Below are positions 53,056-64,000 of a stretch of DNA of 64,000 nucleotides, in pieces. The stretch spans positions 145,452,001 to 145,516,000 of the forward strand of contig OZ024740.1 in the NCBI GenBank assembly GCA_964016885.1. The letters are read 5' to 3'. The notes beneath the pieces are model-generated. The model had not been told where the DNA came from. It did no database searches and saw nothing but the letters and a program-made list of their open reading frames with translations. Made by a program: the position numbers and the translations under genes. This DNA is from Eledone cirrhosa. Taxonomy: Eukaryota. Positions within the stretch are counted from its first letter, which is position 1; each line of letters opens with the position of its first letter.

Positions 53056-54985
53056 TATTTGGGGAGGGTCATATTTGCGTAATATTGCCAGAATTAATAA
53101 CAGAACACACTCACTGTTTGGTTGGTTTTCGCTTCTCGCTGTCTTTTATATATATATATCTGCGATCTAACTTACTCGGTCCTCAATGTTGCCATTGACT
53201 GACCGGCGGTCAAAAATAATACAGATACAATATAGACAAACACATATATATATAGTTTACATAATTTACATAAATCTTTCGTTGCACATCTGCAACATCG
53301 TCAGTGGTGTTATATTCATTGTTCCTCCTGTTGTGTTGTATGTCTACGCCATTTTTTTTGTTCAGTCTGTCTATATATTTATTTATTTATTTGCTTGTTT
53401 GTTTATCTTATTTTATTTTGTCTTCTTTGCGCATGCGTTTGCGTGTGTGTATAGTGTTATGTGTGATGTGTGACTAGTGTGTATAGTGTTGTGTCTGCTG
53501 GGTGACTAGTGTGTGTTTATGTGCTTGTGTATGTATTTATTTATCTTATTTTATTTTATTTAATTTACTTATTTATTTATACTTCTCTTAGGTCAGTGTT
53601 GTTTGTTTGGGTGTTGTTGTTGTTCCACTCATTCTTTCTGTTTAGCTTTGGTCTTCTAATTTCTATTTCACTGGCCTCTCTGATTTGCCTATCTGCTGGG
53701 TCATTCCTATGTTTAGATATTATTCTAATTTCTATGTTGTCTATGTTACCGTCATGTTGTTGTCTAGCATGTTCGTATAGTACTGACCCGTTTTTTCGTC
53801 CTTTTAGTTCCCCCCAGTGTTGGTCTATCCTTTCACCTATGCTACGAGCTGTCTCACCTATGTATGTTGTTGTCGTGTTTCTGCAAGTACCCTCTGTACA
53901 TCTTATGCTATAGACTACGTTTCTAGTTTTACAGTTTATCCGGGGGTTCACCTTACATATGATACATTTCCTATTGGTACAGTGGGTTTTCTTAAAAGGG
54001 TAGGTTTTGCTGATCAGGGATTTTATGGTGGTTCCTGGCTTTTCTACCACCTTTATTTTTAAGTGGGTCTTTCTCAGGGCCTTTCTACACTGGTTAGCTA
54101 ATTTCCCTCCAGGGGTGGCGTCCACAAACATGACACTCTGATATCTCTGGTTGTCGTACCATGATGTGGCCTTCCCTATCTTATGTCTAGCCCTATCTAA
54201 GCTATTCCATGATTTGCTCCTGTATAGTGGGCAAATTCCTTTCATGTCCAGTTCTATGAGGGTCTTATACTTTTCCATGGCTCCTTCGTATACTCTGACT
54301 CTGTCTCTTTGGTTGTAGCCAGAGAACTGCATGCGGTTGATGAAGTGTTGGATGTGTCCTTCCATTTCTGTTGGGTCGCACATGCTGGACACATTCTTCA
54401 TCACTCGTACCAAATCTGCGATCAGAATATTAAACTTAGCACTACTGGACATTGCTGAGTTTTTGAGTATCAGGTATTTGGAGGCCATGGGTTTAGCATA
54501 GTGTGAGTGGAGAATTTGGGCTCTCTCGTCTATAGTGTTAATCCAGAGTTCTGTGTCTAATACAGGTAGTCTATTGTTAGGGTGTTTGGAAGGGAAGTCT
54601 ATAGTTACAGTTATACTCTGGTGTATGGAATTAGCTATCTGCTGGATGCTTTCCAATGAATATAACACCACTGACGATGTTGCAGATGTGCAACGAAAGA
54701 TTTATGTAAATTATGTAAACTATATATATATGTGTTTGTCTATATTGTATCTGTATTATTTTTGACCGCCGGTCAGTCAATGGCAACATTGAGGACCGAG
54801 TAAGTTAGATCGCAGATATATATATATAAAAGACAGCGAGAAGCGAAAACCAACCAAACAGTGAGTGTGTTCTGTTATTAATTCTGGCAATATTACGCAA
54901 ATATGACCCTCCCCAAATATAACAATATCTGTTTCGACACACGATTTCATATAAAAAACCTCGCAAAACTCATTCATCGCCGCTA
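53052..54985. mobile_element. PLE family A composite: minus arm 53052-54655 plus inverted pseudo-LTR arm 54654-54985
   Basis: Near-identical to the 20147-27122 family; CA microhomology at the junction; TA at both ends. Confidence 0.97.
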
Positions 54986-55004
54986 TATATATATATATAT
55001 ATAT

Positions 55005-55241
55005 CTAAGGCGGGTAAAATTCCCGAGATCCATGGACGAGTTCTCTCCAGCGGTCTCTGTCCCTCATTATCGCTGCCATATCCTGCATCTCCAACAGACC
55101 AGTGTCTGTCCTTAGGGCATCAACATATGTTAACCTTGGTCTTCCTCTTCTAGTGTGTCCATGTAGGGGCTCCCAAAGGAGCACTGAGTGCAATGTCAAC
55201 TCTGGATGTCGGTGAGCATGTCCAGCCAACCTCAGTCTCCA
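55005..55241 (-). mobile_element. RTE-like LINE 3' end in a TA tract
   Basis: LRLAGHAHRH..LLWEP.HG..RRGRPRLTYVD.LR.DTG..MRDRDRWR. Confidence 0.85.
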
Positions 55242-55249
55242 CTATATAT

Positions 55250-55453
55250 ATGACAAAGCGGGTGTGGTAAGATACCAGGTGGACCATAACGCACCAGGGT
55301 ACTCAATACTTAGGGTAGTAGAGTGGGTAATAGGAAAAGAGTCAGGACCCCGACGGCTGAGCTCTAGCCGTTTCGACAGCTAGATCCGAACAGTTCGGAT
55401 CTAGCTGTCGAAACGGCCGGAGCTCAGCCGTCGGGTCCTGACTCTTTTCCTAT
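55250..55453 (-). mobile_element. Fold-back short element family E (others: 55901-55948, 56017-56116, 60108-60292, 61650-61833)
   Basis: Shared ggaccataacgcaccag.gtactcaatacttagggtagtagagtgggtaatagg; terminal palindrome with arms of about 60 bp; contains GAAACGGC...GCCGUC. Confidence 0.9.
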
Positions 55454-55456
55454 ATA

Positions 55457-55506
<50 letters not shown>

Positions 55507-55510
55507 TATA

Positions 55511-55851
55511 TAAGGCGGGTAAAATTCCCGAGATCCATGGACGAGTTCTCTCCAGCGGTCTCTGTCCCTCATTATCGCTGCCATGTCCTGCGTCTCCAAC
55601 AGGGCATCAACATACGTTAACCTTCGTCTTCCTCTTCTAGTGTGTCCATGTAGGGGCTCCCAAAGGAGCACTGAGTGCAATGTCAACTCTGGATGTCGGT
55701 GAGCATGTCCAGCCAACCTCAATCTCCTCTGTGTCACTTTTGAGCTGACTTTTGGGATGCTCCCATACAGCTCTGCGTTTCTCATCCTCAGTGTATACTG
55801 ATTAATGTTCAGAGCCATCCTCAGCATTCTCGTGTAGCACCCATCCACCAT
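55511..55851 (-). mobile_element. RTE-like LINE 3' end in a TA tract
   Basis: [36 protein letters not shown]; same 3' end as 55005. Confidence 0.88.
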
Positions 55852-55860
55852 CTGAGTGAG

Positions 55861-55899
<39 letters not shown>

Positions 55900-55946
55900 T
55901 CTCTGGTGCGTTATGGTCCACCTGGTTCCTTACCACATTTCCTTCG

Positions 55947-56023
<77 letters not shown>

Positions 56024-56111
56024 TAGAGTGGGTAATAGGAAAATGTTCAAGACCCCGACGGCAGAACTCAAGCCGTTTCGACAACTATTTCTGGACTACG
56101 GTCTTGAACAT

Positions 56112-56188
<77 letters not shown>

Positions 56189-56205
56189 GTTTAATAAGAG
56201 CTTTC

Positions 56206-56257
56206 CTGCCTGATGATTTCTTTTGAATGGAATGAAACAGTTCTAGTCCTGTAGAAG
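56206..56257 (+). ncRNA. Type I hammerhead candidate in a roughly 165-bp insert between microsatellites
   Basis: CUGC-CUGAUGA-uUUCU...GGAAu-GAAACAG(uucuaguc)CUGUA-GAAG; one mismatch in stem I. Confidence 0.7.
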
Positions 56258-56431
56258 TCATTTCTATATTAAACATGATGTTTACACTCTACTAATGTGT
56301 TGAGTACCTTACTAACTGTGGTTATCCCAGTTGAACTCGAGACTCACATATCAGACACACACACACACACACACATACATACATACATACATACATACAT
56401 ACATACATACATACATACATACATACATACA

Positions 56432-56530
<99 letters not shown>

Positions 56531-57107
56531 TAATGAATTGCTTATTAATTGGTGCTAAAAGGGTGTTAAAATAAATCACGGTGTGATAATGTGATACTTA
56601 ATTTAACTATATAAAATGATACTTTGAAAACTAACGTAAAGTTACGGTAATCAATCAAACTTCACATCTGTTGATGAGATTACATTTCAGGAGAATCTTT
56701 AGGGCGAGAAGGTCTATATTTTTCGCTTTTATCAATTCTCACTGACAAATGAGATATATGATTTTACGTTGTGGTAAAAGAGCCGGTCTCTATCTTTAAG
56801 ATATTTTGATCCTACCTGTATCAACACTACCATTCACGAGAAATTACAGCTGGAAATCAAGGTAACCGTGCCTACTCATAAATGTATGATACTTTCGGGT
56901 TGCAGAAGTTAACGCTTACGGAAATTGTAAAGTATGACCACTAATTTCGGGATACGGTCTATTGAATGACCAACGACACAGCCAATAATAGTATCACTAT
57001 CTCTATAGCTACATATGTTTGATGTCATTACAGCGGAATGTGGGTGTGAGTGTGTGTGTATGTGCGCGTGTGTTTGTGAACGTGTGTGCGCGCGTGTGTG
57101 TATGTTT

Positions 57108-57166
<59 letters not shown>

Positions 57167-57699
57167 ATGTTGAGTTTTTTATGGCCTAGTCAGTATGGTA
57201 TTAGGCAAGTGTACATGATTCTTTTCGCATCATTAATATGATATCTGAAAGGGCTTCTTTTTTTTTTGTATGGGTTCAGTAATAAAACCCTAAGTAATAT
57301 TCTAATGCCTCCCAAGTTGAAAAAAAGATAAACGAGAACAAATATATTTCAGGAATTTGACTAAAGAAAAAGCCTATCTGGTAACCTTGTAATCATATAG
57401 TAATTCCTCCAACTTCACTCCTCCACCCTTTCATCTTATTTCCTTTCTTAAGTCCATAAGAATAAGACAAAGACTTTTTACTCTCACAAAATAGTTCTTA
57501 CCTGGTGCTATCTTATTTTACTACATATTTGTTGGTCGCCTCCGTTGTTGGATTTACCTGCAAACTTATACAGTAAAACACATTACTTTCATTCAGGGTG
57601 TCTCGAAAGAAGCCACCAAGAGGAAGCAAAGGCAGTAAGTATTGCGAAAAAGAGATTTCACTAGTTAAATTTGATGATTTTAACTGACTGGATGCGAGA

Positions 57700-58420
57700 G
57701 AAAAATCAGCCACAATGCTAAAACATTAAAGTTTGCAACGTCTTGAAGCATATGCCTGATAGAAATTGTATTTCATGAGAGAAAAGTATCAGCACCAGAC
57801 AATAAAGACAATAATAATCAAGTGCTCGAACAGCTACACTGTTAACCTGGACCTTGTTTTTCACAGATCTAATGAGATGATTAAAATGGAACATCACTTG
57901 AGTATATTATGGATTGGTGATCAAACTCGACGCTATATGCCGATATGCATGACGATTATTCAAGCAAAAGCTTTGTATAATGATTTGCAGAAAAAGAAGG
58001 TGAAATTTCTAAAAAAAAAATACTTTTTCTAGCTAGAAAAGGTAAGTTTGAAAGTTTTAAGAAGCACTTAAATTTACACATTAAAATGACGTATATCTAC
58101 CAGTGCTGATACAGATGCTACAATTAATTATCCTGAGAAGCTGAAGAAAATGACTGCTGAAATAGAGCTACACACCAGAAAAATATACAATGTTGATAAA
58201 ATTGCTCTTCTCTTGAAGCATATGCCTGGTAGAAATTATATTTCCTGAGAGAAAAATATCAGCACCAGGATTTAAAGCTTCCAAAAAGTATCTGATGCTT
58301 CTCAGATATATTGCTGGTGATGTGAAATTTAATACTTGTATATTGCTCCGAAAACTCAAGGATTTTCAATGTTCACGCAGAGTTTAGTCTACCTCAGATT
58401 TGGAGTCGTTTACAAACTTT
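57700..58420 (+). mobile_element. Decayed Tigger/pogo DNA transposase fragment
   Basis: MEHHLSILWI.DQ.RR.MP....IIQAKA (CENP-B-type HTH); IYNVDK.AL..K.MP.R.YIS; APGFKASK. Confidence 0.8.
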
Positions 58421-58862
58421 TTTTTTTTGTCTTACAGTGCCAAATAGTATAACAGCTATCGCTTAAATAAGAACTCCTCTTTATAGTCGTCTCCCTTGAA
58501 AGAGGGCAGCAATAGCACCGCATCTTGGCACAAATTTGAACTACAATTTGTCTAAGTTAATTCTTTTCTTCATCACTTATGTTATAACTCTGTTACTTTC
58601 ATATTTTTATGCCTCAGTAACCGCTTCTTTTTAGAACATCTCCTTGGTCCTTATGGCAGTGATGATGATGCAGCTACGACTGTCATTGGCTATGACACGT
58701 CCCTGTACAACCTAATCGAGTCTGCGAATGACTAGCGTGTGTCCTATTTCGCCGATTATTTTCAATATCTCTCTATCACATTGTCTCCCACCACTCTTTC
58801 TTTTATCACCCTTTCGGTCATTTTACTCCTATTCAATTTCCTTGCCAACAGCTAACATATTG

Positions 58863-58946
<84 letters not shown>

Positions 58947-58954
58947 CGCTCTCG

Positions 58955-59010
<56 letters not shown>

Positions 59011-60043
59011 CTTTCTCTCGGTCTCTCTCGCTTTGGCTCTCTTCCCATTCAGTAGCTTGGAAAAGAATGGAAGAGTGTATTTAATAAATAAAACTTCAAG
59101 AGATCATTTCGAAATTTCAGAAAACTTCAAAAGGAAAGAAAGTATGTGAGCAGTTGTTTTAAGAAAAATGGCTTAAAGTGTTGATGTGGTTAAATCATGG
59201 CCATGTGGGAGACAATTAAAAAAACATTTATCTTTACTGCACTGAAACATTCTGAGAAAAAAAGTACAATAAATTCTATATCAATAAATCATGTTATGTA
59301 GAATCTGTGGTGAAAAGGGCGTTAAGTGTTGTACATTTGACATGTGGATGGCGTAATCTGGATAATTAGGAATGTAAGATAAGACATGATGATATTGTGT
59401 GAAGCGTATATCTTTAAAGAGGTGGTTAATTGTTTTGTATACAAGGACAATAGTACAACTGAGTGTTAAAACAACTGGTAGGTATTTCAGCGGGTAGGAG
59501 AACAGACATTGTTATAGAGAACAAGAAAAAAATACTATTCCCTGCTGACGGTAATGGTATGAAATTCACTTGATTTTATTTCGAATACAAGGTTTCAAAT
59601 ACAAGAATAGCAGCATGATAATTATATATAGCACAGAAATAAGAAACTTGGTAGAAAAGTTAAAAATATCAGGAAGTCGGTGGAAATATTAGCAATGTAT
59701 GTATAAATAAATATACAGTCATGGCCGTAGTTATTCAGTCACGTTGAGAAATTAGGTTACAGTAGCTTTGGATGATGATTGGTCTGAACATTAAGGATTC
59801 GCTTGTCTCTTCATAACGCCGAGCGATAGTAGCGGAAGAGTATGTATTACAATGCAGACAAGAATGTACCTCGGCACACCTCGTTCCTTTATTATAAATC
59901 ACAATTGGTGGACATGAGCGTCTTTGCTTACAGGTATCCAACGATAATGACAAAGGAGTTTCTGTAATTCGATGTAGAACAGATGCTGCTATGAATCGCT
60001 AAAAACAATCGCCAGGATTTGGGTTTACTCACTGATGTTTATA

Positions 60044-60111
<68 letters not shown>

Positions 60112-60559
60112 AGAGAGTATGACCCCAACGGCAGAGCTCAAGCCGTTTCGACGGCTATTTCTGGACTACAGTCCAGAAATACCCGTCGAAACGGCTTGAG
60201 CTCTACCGTCGGCGTCATACTCTCTCCTATTACCCACTTTACTTCCCTAAGTATTGAGTACTCTGGTGCGTTATGGTCCACCTGGTCCATCTAATCAGGA
60301 TTTAAATTAAATCATTTAATTAAATCATTTAATATAAAGTCACATTGAGCTTTAAAATGTTCTTTGCCTTTATATGGTTGTATTATCAACTTATCTAAAC
60401 TCTTACATATATATATATATGTGTGTGTGTATATGTGTATATGTGTGTGTATATATATATGTGTGTGTGTATATATGGATATATATGGATATATGTGTAT
60501 ATGTGTATATATGTATATGTGTATGTATATGTGTGTATGTTTATATATATATATCTATC

Positions 60560-60742
60560 TAGGGCGGGTAAAATTCCCGAGATCCATGGACGAGTTCTCT
60601 CCAGCGGTCTCTGTCCCTCATTATCACTGCCATGTCCTGCGTCTCCAACAGACCAATGTCTGTCCTTGAGGCATCAACATACGTTAACCTTGGTCTTCCT
60701 CTTCCAGTGTGTCCATGTAGGGGCTCCCACGGGAGCACTGAG
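60560..60742 (-). mobile_element. RTE-like LINE 3' end
   Basis: Same family as 55005 and 55511. Confidence 0.85.
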
Positions 60743-60899
60743 TGTATGTATATGAGTGTGTGTGTTTGTGTGTGGGAGTGAGGGCATGCGTGTGTGATTG
60801 TAGGCACCGGACCATTTCAATAGAACTACCAATGAATAGCCATTGTTAGCTTAAGTGAACCTTAAAAATCAGGAGCCACACCACATATAAACATACCAC

Positions 60900-61430
60900 A
60901 TATAAATACAAACACACACGTGCGTATCCCCACATACACACACTCATCCTCCAGACTCCACACGCCCCCTCCCCCACCCTATGTTGACACCGGTTTCCCT
61001 TTTACCTGAACATGGAACCTCGTTCTTCCCCCAACTCTCACATTCACATACACACACACACACACACACACACGTACACCCATACACAAACACCACCTTC
61101 AGCCCTCCCCGCTCGGATCCCTCGCGCCCCTCTCACCTCTCCACCCCTACACGCCTCACACCTTTTCACCACTTCTTTATTTTTATTTTTATTTTTATTT
61201 GTACTTTTTAAAAATTTCCTTTAATCCCTAAAAAAAGTGTTCCCCCCCCCCCTCTTTTTTTAAATGTCTTTCCCCCACACACCCTCAGAACTCTCTTCCT
61301 ACCCACTGTTCTCCTGATGAAGGGCTTATGCCCGAAACGTCGTCCCCCACCCCCCACTCTCAAGCGTGAAACTAATGCTAATATCATTTGTACTGCCTCT
61401 CTGTTTTTTGTTCTCTGTTCATTTTTTGTT
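60900..61430 (+). mobile_element. PLE family C 3' end fragment with hammerhead
   Basis: ctgatgaagggcttatgcccgaaacgtc and flanks homologous to 17520-17940. Confidence 0.85.
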
Positions 61431-61831
61431 TTGACCTGTTTAGCTTGATTTGGTTTTTGGCTTGGGTGGTTAATGCTTTCTTGACAACCTTTTCAGTTTT
61501 GTATGGCTTCTTAACACATTGTTTAGCTCTGGTTTTTAACTATTGAGCACTTTACCAGTATCATTTCTGATTTTTGCGTTTCGCTTCGCTTTTCCTGCCC
61601 GTCGAAAATGCGATTCTCGCTGAATTTTTATTTGTATATATATATATATAACGAAGGAGGTGTGGTAAGGAACCAGATGGACCATAACGCACCAGAGTAC
61701 TCAATACTTAGGGTAGTAGAGTGGGTAATAGGAAAATGTTTAACCCCGCCGGCAGAGCTCAAGCCGTTTCTACGGTCCAGAAATAGCCGTCGAAACGGCT
61801 TGAGCTCTGCCGTCGGAGTTAAACATTTTCC

Positions 61832-61883
<52 letters not shown>

Positions 61884-62099
61884 TGTGTGTTGTAGCGATA
61901 GATTTCTTCGATGCACATAATGTTAAGTTTAGCTATTCATACCTTCAAGTCATCACGTTCAGCATTACACGCCACAACCGAAAGCATACACCGGCAATGG
62001 CTGAAATCGAGCTACTTGCTTGCTGAAAAGATTGCGCCTTTCCAAAGCCGTAATATATAGAGCTACATTCACTCCACTAGATGACATCCCGAAGAACTA

Positions 62100-62335
62100 T
62101 ATGGAGCGTACCGCTAACAACTTGAAGCAACTGGGTAATCAACATCTGGACTCGTTTAGGTTCACAACAGAGTAAATTCTACTTTCCTGCATCGTTTTAA
62201 TTGGAAGGTTAGAGACCAAGGGTAGGACTATCCCACTATAACATGGAACATTGTCGATAAAGCCCCACCATACACCAGTGGATTACGTGTTTGCAGGTTC
62301 TGTCTCTTTGAGAAGCTGCATATCCTGAAGTAACC
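62100..62335 (+). mobile_element. Old PLE GIY-YIG C-terminal fragment (family H-like)
   Basis: ITWNIVDKAPPYTSGLRVCRFCLFEKLHIL resembles LKWEKLAK..CKLCNLEIYYI at 45400. Confidence 0.65.
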
Positions 62336-64000
62336 TGTGATTTTGTTCAGCCTATAAACTCTGAAATAGCGCCCGGGAAATTAGAGTTCATTCACTTTTT
62401 AACTAAAGTTAATCTGGACAGAGTTGATTGTTTCTTTTGTACCCTAGTAGCGCTTCACACTCTAATAGCGCTTTGCAGTGATTCACACTAACAATCTACA
62501 ATAATTTGTATCATTTTACCTGGTTCGTTGAACAGAAACCAAATTTAACAACAACTATACTAAGGGCCACCACTCACAAAGCATCGGAATACCCGAGTTG
62601 GCGGAAAACACTTGACCGAAATATCAGCCTTTTTAACTATGCATCCCAGCTTGCGCCCGTCATAGTATAAGGTTGACTACCAGACAATAATTACTAGAAT
62701 ACCAATACAGAGTGTATGATAAATAAATGAATATATCGTGCCCTATCCATAGCCATACAGTAGACCCGAACTTAGCTGCCCCAGCTGATAGTACAGGGAA
62801 TGGGCCCTTATCCAGGATTATGGATTCATCCTCAACTTCGAAATTCTGGCTTGGTATTTGATTCTTGTTGAGAAAGGAGGTCGGGTAGAATGTTAAGACT
62901 AGCAAACTTAGCTTCAGTACTGAAAGTGCTACAGAAACGAGGCAAGTCACTCACAGTTCTATAGGGAGCGGGAGAAACTAAGACTAAAACATATCCATAA
63001 GTATTCAGACATGCTATGAGGGCCTTTTCGGCAGCTTGGAATGAGTATCGAACCCACAGACTTAATACATACAGATGTATAATAATATTTATATATTCAT
63101 AACCCACTCAATAGTGTCATTCTGTAAGTGTGTAAGCGTGCGCGCGTATGTGTGCGTAGGCGCGCTTGCATATGCGGGATTAAAGAAATTTGAGAATCAT
63201 CTTAATACACGTTATTACTTTTTAAAACCTCCAGCTAAATAGAATATGTTTTATGTGTTGGTTTAGAAATTCATTCTTCTTGTGCTATTTTATGCTTCGT
63301 TAAGGAAAAGTTGCATTAAGTTGCAAAGGCAAAAGAGGAAGGGCGATGAGGAAAGTGTAAATATTGACGTAAACGATGTCATAGATTTACGGAGTGATAA
63401 AGAGGAAAGCAAACATTAACAAACAACATGACTTCTCTTCTTTTATTTTATTTTATTTTATTTATTTATTATTTTTTTTACACACGGTTCCAACAAAAAG
63501 AAAGTGGGTGAGAAAAATGAAAATGATGTCAGATTAATTTCATTAGATTGAACATAAAGGTAGCAAGCAACGTGTATTTATTTTTATTTTTTCGTACTAA
63601 TGTGTTTAACGATATCGGAAATAACCTGCTTTACCTGAACACGCCCTACTACAGCTATGTTTAGAAGGAATAAATGAGATATAAACAGACAGAAAATTGA
63701 TATATAAAGTTTTAAATGATTTTACGTAAACACAAGGGAAAAGAATAAGTCAAAAAGATTTTATAATCTAAAATTAAAGATAATTTTGTTTAAATAGTTA
63801 ATTAGTCATTGCTTCTTTCTATTTAATGGTGACAAGTGTTGTCTTTTTTTACGGAGACTACACTATGAAATGCTATACGTTTGAATGTTCATAGAAGCAT
63901 TAACTTTTCAGTAACGTGTTGTTTATATAAGCACATCCTATTGCCAGTAACTGTTTACATACAACTAAATCCCTTAAATTATCATCGCTATGTTGGAAAC

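Noticed and set aside
62660-63107. Two overlapping minus-strand ORFs with protein-like composition
   Set aside because: No recognisable motif; cannot be assigned without a database search

Overview
AT-rich, repeat-saturated eukaryotic (animal) DNA with no convincing intact host gene. The SINE types and the (TA)n/(GA)n density suggest a mollusc, probably an octopus or other cephalopod; this is inference only. Most ORF-track entries are microsatellite artefacts. The recognisable content is transposable elements: at least three coding families of Penelope-like retroelements (PLEs: RT plus C-terminal GIY-YIG), including one near-complete tandem/inverted 7-kb insertion at 20147-27122; a Tx1/L1-like LINE; RTE-like LINE 3' ends; Ty3/Gypsy, CR1-like and Tigger relics; head-to-tail Helitrons; and two tRNA-derived SINE families. 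The main signal is a set of (TA)n microsatellite islands into which many unrelated short elements are inserted. About ten sequence-distinct families carry a hand-foldable type I hammerhead ribozyme, several with non-canonical cores or large stem II insertions. Many insertions are fold-back structures with a 3'-type end fused to (TA)n on both sides, which points to priming from both target strands. All folds and family calls were made by eye; no searches were run.
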